Below are positions 18,257-26,522 of a stretch of 64,000 nucleotides of DNA, piece by piece; the stretch's first letter is position 1, and each line of letters starts with the position of its first letter. The notes under the pieces are model-generated. The model did no database searches, was not told where the DNA came from, and saw only the letters and a list, made by a program, of their open reading frames with translations. Origin of the DNA: Planctomycetota bacterium (GTDB lineage Bacteria; Planctomycetota; MHYJ01; JACPTZ01); assembly GCA_016192525.1 (NCBI GenBank), contig JACPTZ010000059.1, positions 20,287 to 84,286 on the forward strand. Direction: 5' to 3'. Both the position numbers and the translations under genes were made by a program.

Positions 18257-19468
18257 TCATCCCCTTCCCCTCACGAGACGATCCCCCCTCTCTCTCCACT
18301 CCGGCACGCCCCAGAGGGCCGCCAGAGCGGGGACCAGGGCGAAGGCCGGTCGCGGATCGTCGGCATCCAGCATCTCATCGAGCGAACGCGTTCCGTGGGG
18401 GCGAAACAGGTCGGCCGGCCACTCCCCGCGGGCGAGCCGGGCGGCCCCGTGCAGGAGGTCGCCGGGAAGGAGCCATCGCGTCCGGACGCCGGGGCGGTAG
18501 GGCGGGACGGGGGCCGGCGGATCTCCGCGGGCCCAGCGCACGGCGAGCGCGGGGAAGTTCACCCCGGCCTCGATGGCGCAGTCGAGGGAGCCCCACAGGC
18601 GCGGATTGACTTCGAGGAGGAAGAAAGTTCCCGTTCGCGGGTCCTGCTTGAACTCCGCCATCGCGAGCCCGGCCCAGCCCGCCGCGCGGCAGAGCCGGGC
18701 GGCCGACTCGATCAGTTCGGGCGCCGCGACACTCTCCCGCAGGGTGCTCGACCCGCCCTCGACCGGATACTCCCTTAAGCGGCGGTGGGCGAAGCCGGCG
18801 AGCAGAGCGCCGCTTTCGTCGATGAGAACGGAGGCCCCGAGGGTCGGCCCGCCGGGCGGGACTTCCTCCTGGAGGATGGGCCCGGGGGAGATTTCATGCA
18901 CGCTCTCCCAGATCGCGCCTGCGGTCGCGGCGCCGGCGGCCCGACGCTGACCCCGCCCCCCGGAACCCCGGCGGGGCTTGATTCGCCAGCCGGCGCCGCC
19001 GGGGCGAGCGCCTTCGGCCGCGGCCATTCGCCCGGCCTCTTCTCCCGACTTCGGGCAGCGCGTGGCCGGGATCGGCACGCCCGCCGCGGCCGCGAGTTCG
19101 GGCAGACGGGACTTGTCGGAGAGGGAGAAGAAGCCCCCGGCCGGTCCCAGGCAAAGCCTCAATCCGGGGTCGAGCCTCGAGCGGAAGCGGAGGAGGGTTG
19201 CGCAGGTGTCCTCTTCGCCGGCGAGAACGACATCACACGCGTGTCGCCGGGCCGCGTCGAGGAGCGAGTCGATGAAGGCCTCGGGCGCCCGGGCGGGGGA
19301 GGGGGTGACGACGCGCGCCCGCGCGTGACGCGAGAAGAAGCCGGGGGCTGAGGCGGTTCGTTCGGCGGCCACCACCCGTTCTCCGGCCCGGCCGAGGGCG
19401 CGGATGGCGACGAGGGTTTTCCTCCAGTACGCGTCGCAGACGAGGACGCCGGGGCGGGGGCGGGGCAT
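18257..19468 (-). CDS. ATP-grasp domain protein (carbamoyl-phosphate-synthase-like ligase)
   Basis: About 404 aa starting MPRPRPGVLVCDAY…. ATP-grasp C-terminal motif AMAEFKQDPRTGTFFLLEVNPRLWGS. Gene begins 1 nt after the stop of the downstream deacetylase. Confidence 0.65.
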   Translation of the reverse strand: MPRPRPGVLVCDAYWRKTLVAIRALGRAGERVVAAERTASAPGFFSRHARARVVTPSPARAPEAFIDSLLDAARRHACDVVLAGEEDTCATLLRFRSRLDPGLRLCLGPAGGFFSLSDKSRLPELAAAAGVPIPATRCPKSGEEAGRMAAAEGARPGGAGWRIKPRRGSGGRGQRRAAGAATAGAIWESVHEISPGPILQEEVPPGGPTLGASVLIDESGALLAGFAHRRLREYPVEGGSSTLRESVAAPELIESAARLCRAAGWAGLAMAEFKQDPRTGTFFLLEVNPRLWGSLDCAIEAGVNFPALAVRWARGDPPAPVPPYRPGVRTRWLLPGDLLHGAARLARGEWPADLFRPHGTRSLDEMLDADDPRPAFALVPALAALWGVPEWRERGDRLVRGRG

Positions 19469-19515
19469 GGCGGCATCGTAGCCTCCGTCGCCGGCCCTGT
19501 CCAGTGCGGGCCGGT

Positions 19516-19935
19516 TCAACCCGAGGATCGGCGCCGCCAGAGCCACCCCAGAACGGCCATGAGCGCCAGGCCCGCGCCGGCGACGGAGACGAGGCGGGCG
19601 AAGAACCAGAGGGTCTGCGCCTGCAGCGGGTTCTCCCCGCCCTGTTTGTCCACGGTGTAGAGCGTGAGACCCGGGTCCTCGGCGGGGACGATCACGCGTC
19701 CGGCCTCCGCGAAGACGACCCGCACCGGGCCGGCGGAGGGGATGCCGTAGACCGGCGCCACAGGCTCCCCGCGGGTCCAGAGGGCCCGGTTGAGTTCGAC
19801 CGCCTCCGAGGCGTGGGGGGAGATCATGACCACCTCCCGACCCCACCCCCAGGAGAGGGCCGCCGCCGAGGCCGGCGCCAGAACCGCCGCCCCGGCCCCG
19901 AGCGCGACCGCGAACAGGGCGATCCGGTGTTTCAT
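19516..19935 (-). CDS. hypothetical exported protein with C-terminal TM helix plus basic tail (…LALMAVLGWLWRRRSSG)
   Basis: Signal peptide MKHRIALFAVALGAGAAVLAPASA. 139 aa. Starts 3 nt after the yceI stop. Its N-signal, C-terminal TM and Arg cluster resemble sortase-type sorting signals. Confidence 0.4.
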   Translation of the reverse strand: MKHRIALFAVALGAGAAVLAPASAAALSWGWGREVVMISPHASEAVELNRALWTRGEPVAPVYGIPSAGPVRVVFAEAGRVIVPAEDPGLTLYTVDKQGGENPLQAQTLWFFARLVSVAGAGLALMAVLGWLWRRRSSG

Positions 19936-19938
19936 GCG

Positions 19939-20559
19939 CTACTTCTTCCCCTCCGGCTTCGCGGTCCCGGCAAAGATCGTCATCTTCACCGTCCAGGTGT
20001 CGTTCACCTTTCCGACCGCGACGTCCGGCACTTTCACCCCGAAGTCGGACAGGCTGATCTTGAACTCCGTCGAGAACCGCATCCACTTTCCGGCCGGGAA
20101 GTTCGCCTTCTTCGCGGCCTCTTCCGGGATCTCCTTGAACTCCACCAGCACCGTCATCTCCTTCGTGACGCCGTGCAGGGTGAAGTCGCCCGTCACCTCG
20201 ATCCCGCCGCCCTCCGCCTTCCTGACGCTCTTCGAGCTGAAGGAGAGATCGGGGAATTTCTCCGCCTCGAGCCACATGGCGGACCGGAGGTGCTCGTCGC
20301 GGAGGTCGACGCCGGTCTTGAGGGAGGCCACGGGGACGCTCAGCCGGACCGATCCGGTCTCGGCCGCCGCGTCCGCCTTGATTTCCCCGGAGGCCTGGTG
20401 GGTGGTGCCGACGATGGTTTCGAGATCGGCCTCCGATTCGAAGGCGATGTTTACGAACTTCTCGTGATGCCCCACGTAGTAGGCGACCTCCTCGGCCACG
20501 GCGGGGCGAACGGCGGCCGGCACGAGGAGGAGAGCGAGGACCCACGTCAGACGCTTCAT
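19939..20559 (-). CDS. yceI: YceI-like periplasmic (polyisoprenoid-binding) protein
   Basis: Signal peptide MKRLTWVLALLLVPAAVRPAVA. YceI-family beta-barrel sequence (…FPDLSFSSKSV…GDFTLHGVTKEMTV…). 206 aa. Confidence 0.75.
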   Translation of the reverse strand: MKRLTWVLALLLVPAAVRPAVAEEVAYYVGHHEKFVNIAFESEADLETIVGTTHQASGEIKADAAAETGSVRLSVPVASLKTGVDLRDEHLRSAMWLEAEKFPDLSFSSKSVRKAEGGGIEVTGDFTLHGVTKEMTVLVEFKEIPEEAAKKANFPAGKWMRFSTEFKISLSDFGVKVPDVAVGKVNDTWTVKMTIFAGTAKPEGKK

Positions 20560-20591
20560 GGCGGAACTCCTAGAAGAAGGGGGGAAAGGGG

Positions 20592-21046
20592 TCACGCGCC
20601 GCCTCCCCGCCCCAGTCGGCGGCAGAGACGGCGGAGGGATTCCTGCTCGCCGGGGGCGAGCGGCTTCATCTCCCCGACGATGCGTTTCGCGTGCGAGGGG
20701 AAGGTCTGCCGGATGACGGTCTTTCCGGCTTCGGTGAGTTCCACGGTGACGAACCGGCGATCCGCCCCCGCTCTCCGACGGGAGACGAGTCCCCGGTGTT
20801 CCAGGTGGTCCACCACCAGGGTGATGTTTCCCCCGCTCCGCAGCAGCTTCCGGCCGAGGGTCTTCTGGCACATCGGTCCGAGGTGGAGGAGGGCCTCGAG
20901 GACCCCGAACTGTCCGGTGGTGAGCCCCTCGCGGCCGAGCGGACCCGCGAGCCGGGAGGTCACCGACTCGGCGGCGCGGAGGAGCGCGATGTAGGCGTTG
21001 AGCGCCCGTCGTTCGCCGGCCGTTCCGCGATAATGGGTGGGCATCT
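20592..21046 (-). CDS. marR: MarR-family transcriptional regulator
   Basis: 151 aa from MPTHYRGTAGERR…. Winged-helix region LTTGQFGVLEALLHLGPMCQKTLGRKLLRSGGNITLVVDHLEHRGLVSRRR. Confidence 0.8.
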
Positions 21047-21061
21047 GCTTCAATCTCAAAT

Positions 21062-21075
21062 AGTTTAATATTAAA
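21062..21075. promoter_or_regulatory. perfect 14-bp palindrome GTTTAATATTAAAC, a putative MarR operator
   Basis: AT-rich perfect inverted repeat 16 nt upstream of the marR start codon, in an otherwise 70% GC region. Confidence 0.55.
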
Positions 21076-21132
21076 CCATATGGCCCGGATCCGGTCAAGG
21101 ATTTTCGTACGGGGTGGCCGCCCCGTCCCCTG

Positions 21133-21255
21133 GTCATCCTGAGCCTCGGCCGCAGGCCGAGGCGAAGGATCGCCCGCGTGTGCGGTTTGCAGACTCCGAC
21201 GCTGGTGATCCTTCGCCCAGCCGGCCAAACGACGGCCGGCCGGGCTCACGATGAC
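21133..21255. repeat. MITE-like family B copy B1 (TIRs GTCATCCTGAGCC / GGCTCACGATGAC)
   Basis: Internal nested hairpins: GGCCGCAGGCCGAGGC, and GCGAAGGATCGCC…GGTGATCCTTCGCC. Second copy at 61388..61500. Confidence 0.65.
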
Positions 21256-21326
21256 AGTGCGGTAACCTCGTGCCCGTACGCTTACAAGATCGTGGGAGAG
21301 TCATTCCGATAACACGGGGAGAACCG

Positions 21327-22616
21327 ATGGAGTTGAAGTCACGCCTGACACACTCTGGCGCTTTTCTCACGAGCTCGGCACTCATGCTGGGCGCGCTTCT
21401 CGCGGGCTGTCTAACCTCTTCTCCAAAGGGGGGCGCGGAGGATCAGGTGGCCGCCGATGTCGATTGGAACGACCAATTCAGTGCGGCCCTGCTCAGCGCC
21501 GGGCGCGGCACTCTTTGGATTTATGACGTGGACTCAAATCGGTACGTTCGCGTACCCGGGAGCAAGGTGGATGCGAGTTCACCCGTGTGGTCCCCCGACG
21601 GGACCATGCTCCACTACCGTGAAGACCTGGGGGAGACCATCAACGAGTGCATCGGAATCATTCGTCGCTCCGGTACCCGCGTCACGATCGACAAGAAATC
21701 ATACGGAGAGCCCGGGAAAGAGCTGGGGAATATCGCCTGGACCCCGTGGAACACGGTGATGATGTACTCGAGCGATGAGAAGGTGTACGTGGATGTCGAT
21801 CCAAGATCCGGGAGCCGGAAGGTCCTCATCGACGACCCGGCGGTGTGCTCGCTGATCGACATCAACAGTACGAGATTCGCCCCGGACGGCACCTACCTCG
21901 TCTTCGGCAGCACCGAGGGCGGAGAGGGCGTATGCATCTACCACCTGGCGGAGCGCAAGATGACTGAGTTCCCGGCGATGCGAACCTGGGCCGTGGATGA
22001 TAGCTGGGCGAACGTCGTTTCTCCAGACTCAAAGCTCATCGCCATAGGTTGTGGCGATGGCACCCCACAGAGTCCAGGCAACCGCACCACTGGCATTTAT
22101 GATCCTCACGGACACGAAATCTCCCGTCTCCCCTTCGCCGAGGATGCCTGGTGGAGCCCCGGTTCTTCCAAGCTCCTCCTGTATCTGCCACCGAGGAAGG
22201 ACGGAAAGCCCTCTTATGACTACTCGGTGGATTCGAGGAGAGCGCTCAAGGAGGGAGAGAAGAATCTCGTCGTCGCTGACGTGAAATCGGGCCAACTCAG
22301 AGGATTGGCGCTGGTACAGCCAGCAGGTCTCCTGGAGGAGTTTCCTCTTGGTGAAAGATCTTCCTTGAGCGGAGATGCTGTCGGCTGCTGGTTGAAGGAC
22401 GGTTCCGGGATCGTGATGAGAGTCCACGAGCCGGTCCCGCCGGGGCACGAGGCTTGGAATGGAAAGGGCTTCAACCTCAATGATGCTCGGACCCTGCGGA
22501 TCACGCTCGATGGCACAATCGAGGAGATCCCTCCGAAGAAGGGATTCGTGGCCCTTGTGCCGCGCCTGAGGGGGGAGTTGATGTACGTCCCGGCCGTCGG
22601 TCAAATCAAGAATTGA
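21327..22616 (+). CDS. lipoprotein with TolB-like beta-propeller (WD40-like) repeats
   Basis: MELKSRLTHSGAFLTSSALMLGALLAGC lipobox. Repeated SPDG/APDG beta-propeller motifs. About 58% GC, which is lower than the background. Confidence 0.55.
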   Translation: MELKSRLTHSGAFLTSSALMLGALLAGCLTSSPKGGAEDQVAADVDWNDQFSAALLSAGRGTLWIYDVDSNRYVRVPGSKVDASSPVWSPDGTMLHYREDLGETINECIGIIRRSGTRVTIDKKSYGEPGKELGNIAWTPWNTVMMYSSDEKVYVDVDPRSGSRKVLIDDPAVCSLIDINSTRFAPDGTYLVFGSTEGGEGVCIYHLAERKMTEFPAMRTWAVDDSWANVVSPDSKLIAIGCGDGTPQSPGNRTTGIYDPHGHEISRLPFAEDAWWSPGSSKLLLYLPPRKDGKPSYDYSVDSRRALKEGEKNLVVADVKSGQLRGLALVQPAGLLEEFPLGERSSLSGDAVGCWLKDGSGIVMRVHEPVPPGHEAWNGKGFNLNDARTLRITLDGTIEEIPPKKGFVALVPRLRGELMYVPAVGQIKN

Positions 22617-22664
22617 CATGGGGATGGTATCGTTAGGGACCGTTAGGAGATAACTCAAGCGATT

Positions 22665-22845
22665 CAGGCAAGCGTAGGGGCGACCCTTGCCTGCCCTGCC
22701 TGTCCGCAGAAGCCCGAAGGGCGGAGGCGGAAGCCCCGCCGAAGGGTGGTCGCCCCCCTGTTGGCGGTCGCCCCTGGTCTCAGTCGCCAGGCCGATTGCG
22801 GCACCGCGGGATAGGGGGCGGGGGCAAGCCCCGCCCCTACATTCC
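22665..22845. repeat. dispersed repeat family C copy (…GTAGGGGCGACCCTTGC…GGTCGCCCCCCTGT…GGGGGCGGGGGCAAGCCCCGCCCCTAC)
   Basis: Collinear shared blocks with 13655..13760. Confidence 0.6.
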
Positions 22846-22942
22846 TCGACGCACTCCGACGGCGTCGCTTCCGCGACGCACTCCAGCCTCCTCACGGCCG
22901 GTTTGCCTTGACGCCGTCGCAGGTCGGGCGTACTTTCCCCCC

Positions 22943-24436
22943 ATGCCCTCCCGACGCTGGTTCCCCTGCATTCTGCTCGTCGTCGTCCTTCTCCGGGCCG
23001 CCCCGGCCGCGGACGGACCGGGGGGACCCGCCTTCCGGACCAACCGCTTCGAGTTCTCCGGCGCGGTGCGGGAGGTCCTCGCGCGGGACATCGACGGCGA
23101 TCGGCGGATGGAACTGATCGTCCAGCAGAAGTCCGCCCTGGAAGTCTATCGCCCCGGCCCGCGAGGTTACTCGGCGGCCCACTCCATCTCCGTCATGCTG
23201 CCGAAGGAGACCTTCCTCTGGACCTTCGCGGACGTGGACGGGGCGCCGGGGGACGACCTGGTCTGCATGACCCCGGACGGAGTGGTCTGCCTCCCGCAGA
23301 AGGAGGGCGCCTTCCCCGGACCGGCGGGCGTTGTGATCGAGACGCCCACCGTGTTCACCGGGCTCCTCACCGACCCGCCGCTCGAGAAGGAGTTCTCGAC
23401 CGATCTCGACGGCGACGGCGACGCCGATCTCATCCTCCCGATCCGGCGCGCGTTCGCCCTCTACGCGCAGACGGCCCCGGGGAAGTTCACGCTTCGGCAG
23501 AGCATCCCGGCGGAGATGGACATCGGGGTCGACGTCGGCGGGTGGGGGGTGCAGACCCCGGCGACGCAGTCGGTGGCGCTTCCCCGGTTCCAGCTCGGCG
23601 ACTACACGGGGGATGGCCGCACCGACCTCCTGTTTGTGGGCTCCGCCCCGTGGAGGGTCTTCGCGCAGGCGGCGGACGGGTCGTTTCCGGCCGCCCCCGA
23701 GGCGGCCGTTCTCGCCGGCGCCCCGGGGCGCAAGAAGCGGAACCGGCAGTTCGACTGGCCGGTGCCCCCCGAGGTGGACGACGTGAACGGCGACAGGATC
23801 GCCGACATCATCTACTCCGACGCCGGGAACGGAACGACCACCCTGTTCCTTGGAAAGACCGGCGGCGCCGACCTCGCCCAGCCGAGCGACGTGAAACGGT
23901 TCGACGGATGGGTCCTCTCACACGACCTCGTCGATCTGGACGGGGACGGCCGGAAGGATCTGATCCTCGTCCGGGTCCCGAAACTCGGGATCGGGGAGGC
24001 GCTGCAGATCCTGCTCACCCGGACGGTCGATCTGGACATCGCGATCTTCCTCAACCAGCCGGACGGGACCTTCGGCGCCCAGCCGGCGCACCGCCGGACG
24101 ATCGAGGTCCCGCTGGTCCTCTCGATCTCGAACACCGCGATCAAGGTGGAGAGCCCCTACATCATCAACTTCACCGGAGATTTCACGAGAGACGGCCGGA
24201 AGGACCTGATGGTGAAGACTGCGGACGACGAGATCAGCATTTTCTTCGGCGGGGCGGGGAAGGACCTGTTCACCTCGAAGCCGGGCGCGACGCTCAAGAC
24301 CATCGACACCCTCACCTTCACCTCGACCGCCGTGACGGTGGACGATCTGAACGCGGACGGCGTGAGCGACGTCATCCTCCACCACCGGGACATCGCCGAT
24401 CAGGCGCACGTTGTGGAAGTGTTTCTGAGCAAGTAG
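22943..24436 (+). CDS. secreted FG-GAP/VCBS-repeat (integrin-alpha-like beta-propeller) protein
   Basis: Signal peptide MPSRRWFPCILLVVVLLRAAPA. Repeated D.DGDG..DL calcium-binding FG-GAP-like motifs (DIDGDRRMEL, DLDGDGDADLIL, GDYTGDGRTDLLF, DVNGDRIADIIY, DLDGDGRKDLIL, DLNADGVSDVIL). Confidence 0.7.
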   Translation: MPSRRWFPCILLVVVLLRAAPAADGPGGPAFRTNRFEFSGAVREVLARDIDGDRRMELIVQQKSALEVYRPGPRGYSAAHSISVMLPKETFLWTFADVDGAPGDDLVCMTPDGVVCLPQKEGAFPGPAGVVIETPTVFTGLLTDPPLEKEFSTDLDGDGDADLILPIRRAFALYAQTAPGKFTLRQSIPAEMDIGVDVGGWGVQTPATQSVALPRFQLGDYTGDGRTDLLFVGSAPWRVFAQAADGSFPAAPEAAVLAGAPGRKKRNRQFDWPVPPEVDDVNGDRIADIIYSDAGNGTTTLFLGKTGGADLAQPSDVKRFDGWVLSHDLVDLDGDGRKDLILVRVPKLGIGEALQILLTRTVDLDIAIFLNQPDGTFGAQPAHRRTIEVPLVLSISNTAIKVESPYIINFTGDFTRDGRKDLMVKTADDEISIFFGGAGKDLFTSKPGATLKTIDTLTFTSTAVTVDDLNADGVSDVILHHRDIADQAHVVEVFLSK

Positions 24437-24555
24437 CCGCGGGCGGGCGGGTCCCGGCCTCTTCGCTGCGGGAGGCGGCCCCGCGCCACCGCCTCCGCAT
24501 CCGCGATCGGGCCGTCGAGAAGGACGGGGACCGGCCGGTCCCCGCCCCTACGGCG

Positions 24556-24674
24556 GCTTCCCGCGCCTGACGTGTCCAGCCTCGCCCTTCGACTCGCCCG
24601 CCAAACGGAGGCGGGCTCGCTCAGGGCGGGCGGATTTCCAGGGATCTGTGCGGTCCGTTCGTGAATAACCCGGG
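24556..24674. repeat. MITE family A copy A3 (partial; degenerate TIR TTCGTGAATAACCCGGG at 24658-24674)
   Basis: Abuts the TGA stop (24675-24677) of ubiA. Internal CGCCCTTCGACTCGCC and GCTCGCTCAGGGCGG blocks, as in other family-A copies. Confidence 0.6.
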
Positions 24675-25787
24675 TCAGGACCCGCGGATCCACATCCCGA
24701 GCACCATCGACAGGAGGAGCAGCGACAGCATCGCCGAGGCGGCAAGGGGGCATCCCAAGCCGAGCAGCAGGGAGGCGTGAAGCACGGGATAGCCGCGAAC
24801 CCCCACGAGGACGAGGCGGCCGACCGTGGAGGGCGACGGTTTCCGGAGGGCCGGAATCCCGGCGGACAGGAAGGCGAGAGAGAGCATCGCCGACAGCAGG
24901 GCGGCGATGGGTCGAGAAGGCACCATCAGCGTCCACTCCTTCGGCACGCTCGGGTCCCACTCCGGGAAGCAGCGACCGAGCAACATGTCTTCCGATATCA
25001 CGACCGACAGCCACGAGACCAGCAACAGGAGGACAAGGCAAGCCACGATTCGTTCCCGGACTCGGCCGCCCTCTTCTTCCGCCGTGCTTGCCCAAGTGAT
25101 CGCGAACGCGAAAACCGCCAGGGAGACGGGAATCAACGCCACCTCCGGCGGAATTCTGGAGAGACAGGCCGGATCCCCAACCGCCGAGTAGAGGACCGCC
25201 TCGCCATCGTTGAAGGTCGGGCGCAGCCAGGAGACGATGTCGAAGGCCCCGCTCGCGGAGAACCCGAGAAACCAATTGAGGCCTCGAGCCATTCCAAGGG
25301 CGAGGCTGCCTCCGAGGGCCAGCGACTTGAGACCAAGATCGTAGGCCACGATGGCCGCGACCAGTGAGCCGGAGACAACGAGCGGGACCGGAATCGATAA
25401 GGTTACCGCAAAACCGGCAAGCAGCAGGGTCAACGCGGCGACGAGCGCCGCCACAGGCGAAATCGCTCCCGACGGAAGAGGTCGCTGCGACGCGCTTTTC
25501 CTGTCTCGATCACGGTCCACGTAGTCATTCAGCACGACTCCGCCCGCGTACAGCAGGATGCTCGCCGCAGAGGCCGCGGCAAGCGGGAACAGGGGGGGGA
25601 GTCCGGCCAGGAACAGCTTCAGCGGATCGCCGTCGATCGCGTCGAGATCGATACCGTGTTGGAGGTAAAAGTCGCGGAAGTGGGGGTAGTAGAGGCAGAT
25701 CATCCACCCCACCGCATACCCCGCCCAGATGTCCGCGAGGGCCGTGGGGAGGTTCTGGACGCGGATGAGCTGGAGCCAGGGGCGCAT
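24675..25787 (-). CDS. UbiA-family prenyltransferase (polytopic membrane protein)
   Basis: NDYVDRDRD Asp-rich motif. Multiple TM helices. 370 aa. Confidence 0.8.
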   Translation of the reverse strand: MRPWLQLIRVQNLPTALADIWAGYAVGWMICLYYPHFRDFYLQHGIDLDAIDGDPLKLFLAGLPPLFPLAAASAASILLYAGGVVLNDYVDRDRDRKSASQRPLPSGAISPVAALVAALTLLLAGFAVTLSIPVPLVVSGSLVAAIVAYDLGLKSLALGGSLALGMARGLNWFLGFSASGAFDIVSWLRPTFNDGEAVLYSAVGDPACLSRIPPEVALIPVSLAVFAFAITWASTAEEEGGRVRERIVACLVLLLLVSWLSVVISEDMLLGRCFPEWDPSVPKEWTLMVPSRPIAALLSAMLSLAFLSAGIPALRKPSPSTVGRLVLVGVRGYPVLHASLLLGLGCPLAASAMLSLLLLSMVLGMWIRGS

Positions 25788-25790
25788 GAG

Positions 25791-25895
25791 GCAGGGGTTA
25801 GGGGTCAGGGGTCAGGGGTCAGGGGTCAGGGGTTAGGGGTTAGGGGTTAGGGGGTCAGGGATTGGGGGCTGGGGGTTAGGGGGCGGAGGTTGTGG
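25791..25895 (+). repeat. telomere-like heptad tandem array (AGGGGTY)n with about 14 G4 runs; strong G-quadruplex potential
   Basis: Directly readable as aggggtt aggggtc aggggtc aggggtc aggggtc aggggtt aggggtt aggggtt agggggtc … Begins 4 nt upstream of the ubiA start codon. Confidence 0.85.
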
Positions 25896-25995
25896 GCGAG
25901 ATTCATGGGAGGTTCGACGCCGGTGGGCACCGGCGGAGTCTCTGGGTCTCAATGGCCGGGCCCGGTGCCTCCCTCTTCCAAACCTCGCTTCCTTC

Positions 25996-26045
25996 TTCCC
26001 GCGCCGCACCCTTCAACCCACCCCCTGACCCCCAACCCCTGGCCC
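25996..26045 (+). repeat. inverted (C-rich) partial mirror of the G-tract array
   Basis: CAACCCACCCCCTGACCCCCAACCCCTGGCCCCTG is the reverse complement of GGGGTCAGGGG-type units. With 25791-25895 it forms a large interrupted inverted repeat flanking about 100 bp. Confidence 0.7.
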
Positions 26046-26051
26046 CTGCCG

Positions 26052-26336
26052 TCAGTACTCGATCACATCCTCCATCGGCGAGACGCAGATGATGTTCTCG
26101 ATGCGGATCGAAACCGACTTGCGGTCGGCCTTGAGACCGTACTTCTTCGTGTCCATCGTGTACTTCTCTTTCGACGAGGAACTCTCGGATCGGTCGTGGA
26201 CGTCGGAGAGCCCGAGGGTGACGAAGGCGGAGTCGACCTCCCGGAGCGTGCCGATGAAGAGAAAGTGCGAGGAGGTGTCGATGATCACCTCTCTCCCCAC
26301 GAACCGCTCCCAGGCCTTCTGCTGTTCGGGGGTCAT
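26052..26336 (-). CDS. hypothetical small protein (possibly Sm-like fold)
   Basis: 94 aa, MTPEQQKAWERFVGREVIIDTSSHFLFIGTLREVDSAFVTLGL…. Lower GC. Confidence 0.4.
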   Translation of the reverse strand: MTPEQQKAWERFVGREVIIDTSSHFLFIGTLREVDSAFVTLGLSDVHDRSESSSSKEKYTMDTKKYGLKADRKSVSIRIENIICVSPMEDVIEY

Positions 26337-26337
26337 G

Positions 26338-26499
26338 CTAGCGGGGGCTCCACGGGACGGGGACGGCGCGCGGCGGCGGGGCCGGCGGGACCGGGGGGGA
26401 GATCTTCGACACCGTCGCGATGATGAGCGCGAGGATCACGCCGATGAGGCCCAGATTCGCGAAGTCGCCGCTGGTCATCTCGTCGTCGGGGGAGCGCAT
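26338..26499 (-). CDS. small single-TM membrane protein (53 aa)
   Basis: MRSPDDEMTSGDFANLGLIGVILALIIATVSKISPPVPPAPPP…. Lies directly downstream of rseP on the same strand. Confidence 0.3.
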   Translation of the reverse strand: MRSPDDEMTSGDFANLGLIGVILALIIATVSKISPPVPPAPPPRAVPVPWSPR

Positions 26500-26522
26500 C
26501 GTCCACCTCCGCGTGCATCCTG

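Noticed and set aside
19470-20545. Upstream extension of the ATP-grasp ORF (762-aa version 18257-20545)
   Set aside because: The N-terminal 360 aa are low-complexity RG-rich and overlap the yceI gene and ORF 19516-19935 in another frame. An internal start at 19468 gives a normal-length ATP-grasp protein.
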